DNA from: Deltaproteobacteria bacterium
GTDB taxonomy: Bacteria; Myxococcota; Myxococcia; Myxococcales; 40CM-4-68-19
Assembly (NCBI GenBank): GCA_025358085.1
Contig: JANYKT010000122.1
Location: 8,323-72,322 of the forward strand
DNA length: 64,000 bases
Direction of reading: 5' to 3'
Part shown: piece after piece, positions 10,146 to 18,814 of the stretch
How the letters are laid out: the number at the start of each line of letters is the position of its first letter
Numbering within the stretch: the stretch's first letter is position 1
The notes under the pieces: model-generated
What the model was told of the DNA's origin: nothing
What the model saw: the letters and a program-made list of their open reading frames with translations, nothing else
Databases searched by the model: none
Translations under genes and position numbers: made by a program

Positions 10146-12364
10146 GAAAGGCCCCCGGCCTGCGGCGGCAGGTGGGCGAGCGCGTCGTCGGGCCGCGGCG
10201 CCTTGGTCACACGAACCGCGCAGATCTTGAATTCAGGAATGTTCGAGACGGGATCGATGGCGCGAATGGTGGCGCGATTTGCGGCCCGATCAAAGGGCCA
10301 GTGATAAGGAACAAAGACGGTATCAGGGCGAATGGTGGTGAGCACCCGCGCGGGGACGGTCAACCAGCCTCGCCGGCTCTCGACCCGCACGAAGTCGCCA
10401 TCGGCAACTCCCAGCTTGCCGGCCAGGCGCGGGTGCATTTCGCACCACGGCTCCGGGGTCTGCCCGACCAGCGCGCCGATGCGCCGCGTCTGCGTGCCAG
10501 ACAGGTAATGCGCGACGGTGCGGCCGGTGGTCAGGATGATGGGATATTCCGCGTCAGCCTCTTCGGCCGCCGGCCGCCATTCCACCGGCTGCGGGTGCGC
10601 CTTTCCATCGGCGTGTCCGAACTTCGCGCCCTCGTAGAGCCGCGGCGTGCCGGGGTGATCGAGGGACGGGCAGGGCCAGAAGATGCCCATCTGCTCATCG
10701 ATCCTCTCCCAGGTAATGCCGTAGTAATCGGAGATACCGCCTTTGGAAGCAACGCGGAGCTCATCAAAGATCTCTTTTGTTGATGCATAAGCAAACTTGT
10801 CGCCCTGGCCCAGCCGCGCGGCCAGATCGCAGATGATCTTCCACTCCTCGCGCGTACCGGCGGGCGGATCCACCGCCTTCTTATGATGAATGACCCGGCC
10901 CTCGACGTTGGTGGTCGTGCCCTCGTCCTCTTCCATCAAGGAACCCGGCAAGACGATGTCGGCGTGCTGGGCGGTCTCTGAGAGGAAGAAATCGATCACC
11001 GCGAAGAACTCCAGCTTCTCCAGCGCCTCGCGGACGAAGTTCTGATCGGGCAGCGAGACCAGGGGATTGAAGCAGAGCAGAAGCAGGCCTTTGATGCGGC
11101 CGGCGTGGATGGCCTCGACCAGCGGAATCGCCGATAGCCCCTTATGCGGAATCGACTCTTCCGGCACTTTCCAGACGTCGGCGATATAGCGACGGTGTTC
11201 AGGGTTCTCGATATCGCGCGCGCCGGGAAGCTGATCGCATTTCTGCCCCTGCTCGCGCGCCCCCTGGCCGTTGCCCTGCCCGGTGATCATCGCGTAGCCG
11301 CAGCCCTCGCGGCCGATACGCCCCGAGCCCACCACCAGGTTCAGCGCCGCGAGACAATTATCAACACCCTTGGAATGGTGCTCGATGCCGCGGGCGTGCA
11401 GGAGGAAGCTGGTCTTTGCCGGACCCCAGAGTTCGGCCGCCTTGACGATCAATGAAGCGGGAACTCCAGCGATCTTCGCGCCGTACTCAGGGGTATATTT
11501 CTCGACGGCTTTCTCGACAGCTTCCCAGCCGGTGGTATGCGCGGCAATGAATGCCCGATCGATCCAGCCGCGCTTGATCATCACATGCAGCATGCCGTTG
11601 AAGACGCCGATATCGCCGCCCGGCTTCACCGGTATGAAGAGATCGACGGTGCGCGCGATGGGCGTCATGCGCGGATCGAGGACGATGATCCTGGCGCCGT
11701 TCTCGCGCGCCCGCCAGACATAGTCAGTGGTAATGGGCGCGCACTCGGCGATGTTGGCACCGGCGATGAGGAGCACCTCTGCTTTCGGGATATCGCTCCA
11801 CGGATTGGCCGCGCGGTCGATGCCGAACACCTTCTTCGAGGCGGCGCCGGCGCTGACCATGCAAAGACGCCCGTTGTAGTCGATATTGGCGGTGCGCAGC
11901 GCGACCCGCGCGAACTTGCCCATCAAATAAGCTTTCTCATTGGTCAATGAAGCGCCGGTCAGCACCGCGAAGGCGTCATTGCCATTCGCGCCCTGGATGC
12001 GCTTCATCTCCGCAGCGATGCGCGCCAGCGCGGGCTCCCAGGCAAGGTCGCGAAAGCCCGCGCCATCAACACGCTCGAGCGGCGACAAGAGCCGGTCCGG
12101 GTGCGCGTTCTGCATATAGCGCTTGACGCCCTTGGGACAGAGCTTGCCCTGATTGAAGGGAAACTCTTCCCAAGGCTCGAATCCGACCACCCGGTTGTCT
12201 TTCACCTTGAGCTGGATCCCGCACTGCTGGCCGCAGAAACAGCAGTGTGTCTTGACCAGCTTGTCGGCCTCGCCGATAGGCGCCCAGCCACCCGCGGGCA
12301 CCTGTTCGACATGAGGGCCGAAACGCGCGAAGAGGTTTTCAATGCTGTCAGAAAGCTTAGCCAT
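10142..12364 (-). CDS. molybdopterin (bis-MGD) oxidoreductase, Nas/Nap-like nitrate-reductase clade, no Tat signal
   Basis: N-terminal FeS motif [10 protein letters not shown]...GKLCPKG. Probable Mo-ligand segment [18 protein letters not shown] (Cys type, as in NapA/NasA/NarB). 740 aa. No twin-arginine leader. Confidence 0.85.
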   Translation of the reverse strand: MAKLSDSIENLFARFGPHVEQVPAGGWAPIGEADKLVKTHCCFCGQQCGIQLKVKDNRVVGFEPWEEFPFNQGKLCPKGVKRYMQNAHPDRLLSPLERVDGAGFRDLAWEPALARIAAEMKRIQGANGNDAFAVLTGASLTNEKAYLMGKFARVALRTANIDYNGRLCMVSAGAASKKVFGIDRAANPWSDIPKAEVLLIAGANIAECAPITTDYVWRARENGARIIVLDPRMTPIARTVDLFIPVKPGGDIGVFNGMLHVMIKRGWIDRAFIAAHTTGWEAVEKAVEKYTPEYGAKIAGVPASLIVKAAELWGPAKTSFLLHARGIEHHSKGVDNCLAALNLVVGSGRIGREGCGYAMITGQGNGQGAREQGQKCDQLPGARDIENPEHRRYIADVWKVPEESIPHKGLSAIPLVEAIHAGRIKGLLLLCFNPLVSLPDQNFVREALEKLEFFAVIDFFLSETAQHADIVLPGSLMEEDEGTTTNVEGRVIHHKKAVDPPAGTREEWKIICDLAARLGQGDKFAYASTKEIFDELRVASKGGISDYYGITWERIDEQMGIFWPCPSLDHPGTPRLYEGAKFGHADGKAHPQPVEWRPAAEEADAEYPIILTTGRTVAHYLSGTQTRRIGALVGQTPEPWCEMHPRLAGKLGVADGDFVRVESRRGWLTVPARVLTTIRPDTVFVPYHWPFDRAANRATIRAIDPVSNIPEFKICAVRVTKAPRPDDALAHLPPQAGGLS

Positions 12365-12367
12365 GGT

Positions 12368-13453
12368 TCATGGACCTTCCGGACGGGGACGGCCGTGGCC
12401 GCGCCAGAGCCCGTCCTGCGTGATCGCGAGCAGCTTGCGGCGGCAGGGCGGGCAGACATCCTGGTAATGAGTGCCTTGAATGCCCGTGGTAGCGGGCGGC
12501 GCTGCGAATTTGATCGCAAGCGCCGCTTCTACCTGCTTGAGATCGTCAATGTGCAGCCGCCCCGCGAACGGCTTGGCGCAGCGCAAGCAGGTGGCTTGCG
12601 GACCCGCGGCCGAGGCCCGCCGGTAGAATTCAATCGAGAGCTGCGCGGGCCGCTGGAAGATATGAAAGAACTTCCCGAACGGCAGGTAGAGCAGTGTGAA
12701 GATCACCGTCACCGCGTGAAACTGGGAGAGGAAGTTGTAATGAAAGCCGCGCGCAACGTGCGTGGAGACCGTGAGCAGGAGGCCAGTCACCGAGATGGCG
12801 AAGAGGAGAAAAAGAGGCATCAAATCGCCGGAAAGCTGCTGCACCGCGAGCGCGCCGCGGTCCCGCGCCCTTCGCCACATCGCGAAACCAAGCCCGATCA
12901 GGACCATGATTGCGGAGATGTCGAGTGCGTTGAAGGCGAGCACCGCCAGCACCGAGCCGAGCGGAAAGCGGAACACGGGCAAACCGAAGACGAACGCCTG
13001 GTATTGCTCCTGGGAAGTGCGGAGGGTTTCGAATCGAATCCACCCGAATGAGAGCGGAAAGGTGATTGCCGCGGCGAGCAGGCTTCCCCAGGAGATGAAC
13101 CAGTGCGCCGCCCACCGCGCGGCGCCGCGACGGGCAATGAAGGACTGCGCGCCGACGCTGGAAAACAACTGCCGCACCAGCAGCACGATGTTCGCGGGCA
13201 GGCGGGACGGCTTCAAGAAGATCTGCCAGCCGCGAAACCAGTAGAGCCGGGTGGGCGGGCGCTGCAGCCACATCGCATATCGATAGGCGAGCCCGAAGCT
13301 CGCGAACACAGTCGCGCCCGCGTAGGGCACGAGCGCCGTGTCGAAGTCCTTGAGTCCCCGGCTGCCGACCAAAACCCCCGCGACGACCAGCGCGGCGAAG
13401 GCGAGACCCCAGAGCGTCGCGCGCACTACGCCCTTCTGGATTGCGTTCGCCAT
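12368..13453 (-). CDS. polytopic membrane subunit, NarI/DsrM-like, with Cys-rich cytoplasmic tail
   Basis: 361 aa with multiple TM helices. The motif LYLPFGKFFHIFQRP resembles the PF(x)K/RxxH helix of NarI/DsrM/HdrE-type cytochrome b. C-terminal CLRC...CPPC. Its stop is 3 nt before the catalytic subunit start. Confidence 0.5.
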   Translation of the reverse strand: MANAIQKGVVRATLWGLAFAALVVAGVLVGSRGLKDFDTALVPYAGATVFASFGLAYRYAMWLQRPPTRLYWFRGWQIFLKPSRLPANIVLLVRQLFSSVGAQSFIARRGAARWAAHWFISWGSLLAAAITFPLSFGWIRFETLRTSQEQYQAFVFGLPVFRFPLGSVLAVLAFNALDISAIMVLIGLGFAMWRRARDRGALAVQQLSGDLMPLFLLFAISVTGLLLTVSTHVARGFHYNFLSQFHAVTVIFTLLYLPFGKFFHIFQRPAQLSIEFYRRASAAGPQATCLRCAKPFAGRLHIDDLKQVEAALAIKFAAPPATTGIQGTHYQDVCPPCRRKLLAITQDGLWRGHGRPRPEGP

Positions 13454-13601
13454 TGCCGGACCCTAGTCCGTCGCGGAAAAGATGGTGGGGAAAATGTACC
13501 GCGGTTCGGGGGAAGGCGCGACATTCGTGCTTGCACGCTTGACGACGGTGCGCTTGGGAGTCGCGCATTGCCTCAAAGTCGGCTAGAGAAGCCCTGCTTC
13601 T

Positions 13602-13686
13602 GGAGGGGTGGCCGAGTGGCTGAAGGCGGCGGTCTTGAAAACCGCTGGCCCGCAAGGGCTCGCAGGTTCGAATCCTGCCTCCTCCG
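13602..13686 (+). tRNA. tRNA-Ser (anticodon TGA)
   Basis: Acceptor stem ggagggg/ctcctcc, anticodon loop cttgaaa, long variable arm, T-loop ggttcgaatcc. CCA is not encoded. Confidence 0.9.
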
Positions 13687-13748
13687 CTGTTTCAGACGGA
13701 CGCGCCAGGCGACCTTGGCCGGGCGCCGTTTCAGCCGCCGTTGCACCC

Positions 13749-14336
13749 TCATTGATTGCGAATCTTTTTCAATAGCTCCTGCACGTCCTTTTGCACGCGC
13801 CGCGGGTCCGGCAGCGCGGCGCGGCGCGGGCGGCGGCGCAGGCGGGCGAAGATGCGCCAGGCCTCGACGCCGTCGAGCGGTGCGACGGGCAGAAGGTTCA
13901 TTGCGAGTGCGAGGCCATTCAATCGGACGAATGCCACCTTGAGTTCGGGCGGCACTGGATAAAGAAGAGCCAAGACAATCAATGCTGCTTGCCCGAGCAC
14001 GCCGCCCCAGGCGAGGGCCGAGCTTTCGACTGGGCTGGCAAGCTCTTCCCGCGAGGTCCCGGCCCGCGGGACGGCAAGCGTGAACTCTCCGCCGAGACCG
14101 TGCAGGACGAGCGAAGAAGGACGCAGCCCGCACGCGAGCAGCACGACAAAGTGCCCGATCGTATGCGCCCCGATCATTGCGGCATAGGCGAAGAGCAGGA
14201 GCAGCGAAAAATGGGCCGCGCAGAAGAGCAGCGCACCGAGCGCGAGACTCCAGTGCAGGTGGAGCTTGCCGATGGACAGCGCGCCGCGCATCTCTCGCTC
14301 CAGGAAAAGGACCGACTTATTTACAACTTGCTGCAC
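13749..14336 (-). CDS. M50 (site-2 protease)-like membrane protein with HTxxH in place of HExxH
   Basis: AHTIGH and the downstream MNLLPVAPLDG (NxxPxxxLDG) match the M50 layout. An alternative start at 14291 is possible. Confidence 0.55.
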   Translation of the reverse strand: MQQVVNKSVLFLEREMRGALSIGKLHLHWSLALGALLFCAAHFSLLLLFAYAAMIGAHTIGHFVVLLACGLRPSSLVLHGLGGEFTLAVPRAGTSREELASPVESSALAWGGVLGQAALIVLALLYPVPPELKVAFVRLNGLALAMNLLPVAPLDGVEAWRIFARLRRRPRRAALPDPRRVQKDVQELLKKIRNQ

Positions 14337-14403
14337 CAGCGCGCGTTGATTTCGTGCACGAAGGCTGGACCACCGATAGCGCGCGGGCGTAATAACGGCT
14401 CCA

Positions 14404-14799
14404 ATGAATCCGGTAGAGAATCCTTATGTGCTGGTCGGCGGCGCCGAGAAAGTTCGCGCGATCGCGGAGAGCTTCTACGAGGCGATGGCCCGCGACGAGC
14501 CGGCTCTGGCCCGCCTGCACCCCTGTGACGCCGAGGGCCGGGTGGAGCTGTCCACCCGCGAGCGCTTTGCGCTGTTCCTGGCCGGCTGGCTGGGCGGTCC
14601 GCAGGACTACGTCGCGCAGCATGGGCATCCGCGGCTGCGCATGCGGCACGGGCGAGTGCCGGTGGACGTGGGCGGCCGCGATGCCTGGCTGCGGTCGATG
14701 GGCAAAGCGCTGGACGCGCACGGTGTGCAGGGCCCGGTGCGGACGCTGCTGGATACCCGCTTTGCCGATCTCGCCGACTTTTTGCGCAACACGCTCTAA
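14404..14799 (+). CDS. glbO: group II truncated hemoglobin
   Basis: 131 aa. NPYVLVGGAEKVRAIAESFYEAM...HPRLRMRH is typical of the 2-on-2 globin GlbO family. Confidence 0.75.
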   Translation: MNPVENPYVLVGGAEKVRAIAESFYEAMARDEPALARLHPCDAEGRVELSTRERFALFLAGWLGGPQDYVAQHGHPRLRMRHGRVPVDVGGRDAWLRSMGKALDAHGVQGPVRTLLDTRFADLADFLRNTL

Positions 14800-15025
14800 G
14801 CAGAATTGTTGGGCAAACCGCTGTCGATTACGAGACGCGGAGTTCCTCAACCGTCCAGTCGGGGACACCGTTGGTGAACGTCCCCGGATCGGTCGCGGAG
14901 CGGTGTCCCAGTAATAGGGATGGTGTCCCCGTATTACCCTTCTGACTCGCGACCCCGCAGGCCCGCGTTGCGTAGGGTGTCCCCGTAAGCTTGCCTTATT
15001 GGCGCTCGGTCGCGATGTTTGCTGT

Positions 15026-16429
15026 ATGGATACCGAGCGGCCGCTGGTCCTCGTCGGCGGCGGCAGCGGCTTCGTCGGAACCGCGCTGGCGAGCGCTCTC
15101 TCTGACCGGTTTCGCGTCGCCGGTCTATCGCGCTCGCCGCGCACGGCGCAGCCGCCGTTCGATGAATGGCGCTGCGCCGACCTGTTCAATCTGCGCGAGG
15201 CCAAGAGCGCACTCAAGGGCGCCAAATTCGCCTTCTATCTCGTGCACAGCATGCTGCCGTCCGCGCGCCTGACGCAGGGCTCATTCAGAGATCTCGATCT
15301 CATCTGCGCGGACAATTTCGCGCGCGCCGCCGCGCTCGCCGGCGTCGAACAGATCGTCTATCTGGGCGGACTCATTCCGGCCAATGCCGCCGCGCTCTCG
15401 CCACATCTGGAGAGCCGTCTTGAAGTGGAGCGCACCCTCGGCCGCTACGGCGTTCCGCTGACCACGCTGCGCGCGGGCATGGTCATCGGCGGCGGCGGGT
15501 CGTCCTTTGAGATCCTGATTCGATTGGTGCGACGGCTGCCCGCCATGGTTTGCCCGCGCTGGACGCTGACGCGCATGCAGCCGGTGGCGGTGGACGACGT
15601 AGTGCGGCTGCTCTCCTTCGCGGTGGCGCGGCAGGAGTGCTACGGCCAGACCTATGACGTCGGCGCGCGCGAGGCGATGAGCTATCGCGAGCTGATGGCC
15701 ATGAGCGCCGAATTGCTCGGCATCCGCCGCGCCATGGTGCCGATTCGCTTCTTTACGCCGTGGCTCTCCAAGCTTTGGGTTCAATTGGTGACGGGCGCGC
15801 CCGGAGAGCTGGTAGGCCCGCTGGTCGAGAGCCTGCGCCACGAAATGGTGGCGCGCGATCTGCGGCTCGCGACGCTGGCCGGAATGCAGCCCACTTCGGT
15901 GCGCGAAGCGCTGCAGCGCGCGCTCGCGTCCCCGCCCGGCTCCCTTGCCGTCGCGCGCACGAAGCCCACCGCGCTGGTGCGCTCGGTGCAGCGCATGCGC
16001 CTCCCGCTGGGCCGCGACGCCCGCTGGGCAGCGGTCGAATATGCGCGCTGGCTGTCGCGTGCGTTCAGGAGCCTGTTGCGGGTCACCACCGACGCGCGGG
16101 GGACCTGTCGTTTCTACCTGCCGCTCCTGCGCAAGCCGCTCCTCGTGCTGACCCCTGCCGAGGCCGCCACGCCTGATCGCGAGCTCTTCTTCGTCACGGG
16201 AGGCCTGCTGGCCCGCAACGGCGAGCACGGGCGCTTCGAGCTGCGCCAGGTGCTTGATGGGCAGACCTTGCTGACTGCCATCCATGACTATGTGCCGCGG
16301 CTCCCCTGGTATCTTTATCGCTGGACCCAGGCTCGCGTGCACGGATGGGTCATGGGCGCTTTCCGGCGCCATCTAGCGACGCTTGCGCGGGCGGAGCCAG
16401 CGGGCCGGATTCTTTTGCAAGCTCCTTAA
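15026..16429 (+). CDS. NAD(P)-binding (SDR-type) protein with C-terminal extension
   Basis: Rossmann motif LVLVGGGSGFVGTALA directly after the ATG at 15026. About 467 aa. Confidence 0.6.
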   Translation: MDTERPLVLVGGGSGFVGTALASALSDRFRVAGLSRSPRTAQPPFDEWRCADLFNLREAKSALKGAKFAFYLVHSMLPSARLTQGSFRDLDLICADNFARAAALAGVEQIVYLGGLIPANAAALSPHLESRLEVERTLGRYGVPLTTLRAGMVIGGGGSSFEILIRLVRRLPAMVCPRWTLTRMQPVAVDDVVRLLSFAVARQECYGQTYDVGAREAMSYRELMAMSAELLGIRRAMVPIRFFTPWLSKLWVQLVTGAPGELVGPLVESLRHEMVARDLRLATLAGMQPTSVREALQRALASPPGSLAVARTKPTALVRSVQRMRLPLGRDARWAAVEYARWLSRAFRSLLRVTTDARGTCRFYLPLLRKPLLVLTPAEAATPDRELFFVTGGLLARNGEHGRFELRQVLDGQTLLTAIHDYVPRLPWYLYRWTQARVHGWVMGAFRRHLATLARAEPAGRILLQAP

Positions 16430-16484
16430 AGCAGCTATACGCGTCGGCAGCCGGATTCGCCGGCTCTCCACTAAAGGAGATGCA

Positions 16485-16829
16485 ATGAAGATCGCCCTCG
16501 GAAGCGCCCTGGCTGCCCTGCTGTTCCTTGCGCCGGCTGCTTTTGCAAAGTCGAAAGATGTGACTTGCGCCGACGGCAACACCGCCAAGGGCGGTCGCGG
16601 CGCGTGCAGCGGCCATGGCGGGATCAACAAGGGTGGCCCCGCACAGACTCCTGCCCCGGCGCGCGCGCGTCCATCGGCCGCCAGGGCCAAAGGCACCGAG
16701 GGCGTGGACGCGAGCGCTGTTGGCGCTACCGCGAAGTGCAAGGACGGCTCGTTCTCGCACGCGAAGGGACACGCCGGCGCCTGCTCCCGCCACGGCGGCG
16801 TCGGGAAGTGGCTCGACGGCAGCAAGTAG
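16485..16829 (+). CDS. secreted protein with two DUF3761-like Cys motifs
   Basis: RBS aaggaga 5 nt before the ATG. Signal peptide MKIALGSALAALLFLAPAAFA. Repeated C.DG....GACS.HGG motif (CADGNTAKGGRGACSGHGG and CKDGSFSHAKGHAGACSRHGG). Confidence 0.6.
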   Translation: MKIALGSALAALLFLAPAAFAKSKDVTCADGNTAKGGRGACSGHGGINKGGPAQTPAPARARPSAARAKGTEGVDASAVGATAKCKDGSFSHAKGHAGACSRHGGVGKWLDGSK

Positions 16830-16862
16830 CCGAGCGCGCCGGCGCAGCGTAAGCTCGGACCC

Positions 16863-17081
16863 ATGCCCGACGCTCCAGCGCCCGCGCCGTTTTGGCAGAA
16901 GTGCAGCCTCTGCAAGAAACCGATTCCGTTTCGCGGCCCTTATTTCAAGTGCGTCGTGTCGACCTGCAATCGGAAGCGTTTTCAACTCTACTTCTGCTCC
17001 GACGAATGCTGGGACGCGCACAACCCGGACCAGAACCATCGCAATCCTGGATATACCGAGCATTTCGCGCCGGCAAGCTGA
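16863..17081 (+). CDS. small Cys-rich (zinc-ribbon-like) protein
   Basis: 72 aa with CSLC...C..STC...CSDEC. Confidence 0.4.
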   Translation: MPDAPAPAPFWQKCSLCKKPIPFRGPYFKCVVSTCNRKRFQLYFCSDECWDAHNPDQNHRNPGYTEHFAPAS

Positions 17082-17147
17082 GCAGCAAAGCCTTGCCTGC
17101 CCACCGGGCCGGCGCGGTGAGCGAGCCCATCAGACAGTGGCGAAGAC

Positions 17148-17417
17148 TCAGCGGATCGGACTGGTCCGCTTCAGATCGGTTGCGGCTTTCGCGCCTTCCG
17201 TGAGAGGGCCGTGGTGGACCGCGACGACAATCGGATTCGCGCCGATACCGGCCTCATCCGAAACCGGCTTGCTCACGTCCTTCACGAGCGCCTGGAAATC
17301 CTTGCCTGAGATCCCGGTCTGCGCGTGGGCAAACCAGACGGCCGCGTCCGCCTCGGTCTCCGCCAAACAGTGGTGGTACTGCAAATCCCCGTAACGTCGA
17401 ACTCCAAATTCACGCAT
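17148..17417 (-). CDS. hypothetical protein
   Basis: 89-aa ORF with GC3-rich codons and no recognisable motif. Confidence 0.3.
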   Translation of the reverse strand: MREFGVRRYGDLQYHHCLAETEADAAVWFAHAQTGISGKDFQALVKDVSKPVSDEAGIGANPIVVAVHHGPLTEGAKAATDLKRTSPIR

Positions 17418-17668
17418 TGAGCGCCTCCAGCAAGGAGGCTAGCCATTGAGAGCCTTCCCTGCTTGACCTTTCTCGCTTTGCAAGGGCCTGCCTGCACGCT
17501 GGTCGTTTTGCACAACCGGCAACGGGGACCAGGGCCCGCGCGCTTCGTCGGGTCCTGCGGGATTCACCGAGCGGTGCGGCCCGCCAGGTTGGACGGTCGC
17601 CGCTGCTGCGGCTCTGGCCGCGCGGCTGACTCCCGGGCGTGCTACTGCACAGCCGGGAGGAAGAGTGC

Positions 17669-17905
17669 ATGCCGGTCGACAACAGCCCCCAGAAGTTGAA
17701 GCTGGAGCGCGAGCGCATGCAGCGGCTGGTGGCGCGCCTCAAGGACGCTGCCCGGATCTCCGCGAATCATCAGCTGGCGGCAGACTTCAACGCGGCCTGG
17801 GTGGACCTCGAGCGATTGTTGCTGCTGATTGAAACCCATTGGAGCGAGATCGACCGCGCCATCGTTCGAGCGAAAGTGCTCCTCGAGCGCGCGCACGGTC
17901 CGTGA
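17669..17905 (+). CDS. small coiled-coil hypothetical protein
   Basis: ATG at 17669 is preceded by gggagg at -9 to -14. Its stop overlaps the next gene start as GTGA. Confidence 0.4.
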   Translation: MPVDNSPQKLKLERERMQRLVARLKDAARISANHQLAADFNAAWVDLERLLLLIETHWSEIDRAIVRAKVLLERAHGP

Positions 17906-18573
17906 CCCAGGGATTGAATTTGAGCGCCGATGGCAACCTGGAAGATGACGCGCGCGCGGCCAGTGTTTCGCGCATCGCCAATGCTTTGCGCGCCGGCGCC
18001 GAGGTATCGGACTCGGCCTTCGATGCTCTCTTGCCACGCCGGTACCGGTGGCCATCGCAGAGGCACTGGACTCCGGTGGTCGCTTGCAGGGACGCAGCGG
18101 CGTGGCTTGCTCCGGAACCGGACTCCCGCGTTCTCGATGTCGGCTCCGGGATCGGAAAGCTCTGCGTGATCGGCTCGCTGGCAACGGCTGCGACCTTCGT
18201 GGGAATCGAGCAGCGCCCGCATCTAGTGACCGCCGCGCGCGCTCTCGCCAGCCTGCTTGATGCGAATACGGCCAGCTTCCTCTGCGGGGACGCCTTCGCC
18301 CTCGACTGGCGTGAATACAGCGGCCTCTATTTCTATAACCCTTTCGCCGAACCTCTCTTCCCGGAGCCCATGCGCATCGACTCGACGCTGGACCATTCCG
18401 AGGCGGGGCATGATCTCGCCGTCAAGCGCCTTCTCGACAAGTTGGTTGGGCTCCGGCGCGGCACCCGGCTCGTCGTCTATCATGACCTCGGCTGCGCGCT
18501 CCCCGATGGCTTCGAGCGCATCGAGGAGAAAGTCAGCGGGCACAGCTCATTGGAACTCTGGATCCGCAATTGA
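17902..18573 (+). CDS. class I SAM-dependent methyltransferase
   Basis: Motif I VLDVGSGIGKLCV. The GTG at 17902 is in frame with ORF 17839..18573 and overlaps the upstream stop. Confidence 0.6.
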   Translation: MTQGLNLSADGNLEDDARAASVSRIANALRAGAEVSDSAFDALLPRRYRWPSQRHWTPVVACRDAAAWLAPEPDSRVLDVGSGIGKLCVIGSLATAATFVGIEQRPHLVTAARALASLLDANTASFLCGDAFALDWREYSGLYFYNPFAEPLFPEPMRIDSTLDHSEAGHDLAVKRLLDKLVGLRRGTRLVVYHDLGCALPDGFERIEEKVSGHSSLELWIRN

Positions 18574-18814
18574 ACCGAGGACTCTGACAAGGTCCCTGCC
18601 GTCCAGGATATGACCCCACTTATGTTCCGTAGTCGATCGATTGCCTTCGGTGATGATTTCCAAAGACTGGAGATTCCTGGCTCGGTGACCGAGGGAGACC
18701 CGCCATGAGTCGGAATTGCCCGGCATTGGCGGGCACTCCTCGAGGTGGGGTGTACAAATCGCGCGAAATCGGCGAAAAGGAAAGAAACCAGTCCCTGAAC
18801 AAATAGGGGATCAC

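Noticed and set aside
18574-18814. Possible cobalamin riboswitch in the TonB-dependent receptor leader. gggagacccgcc (18693-18704) resembles the B12 box GGAGACCTGCC, and ggtgatgatttcc resembles GGUGNNAANUCC.
   Set aside because: Other conserved elements (AGGGAA and the GCCACUG segment between these two boxes) are missing, and the spacing is too short. The 1027-aa receptor is not BtuB-like. This would need cmscan with RF00174 to revive it.
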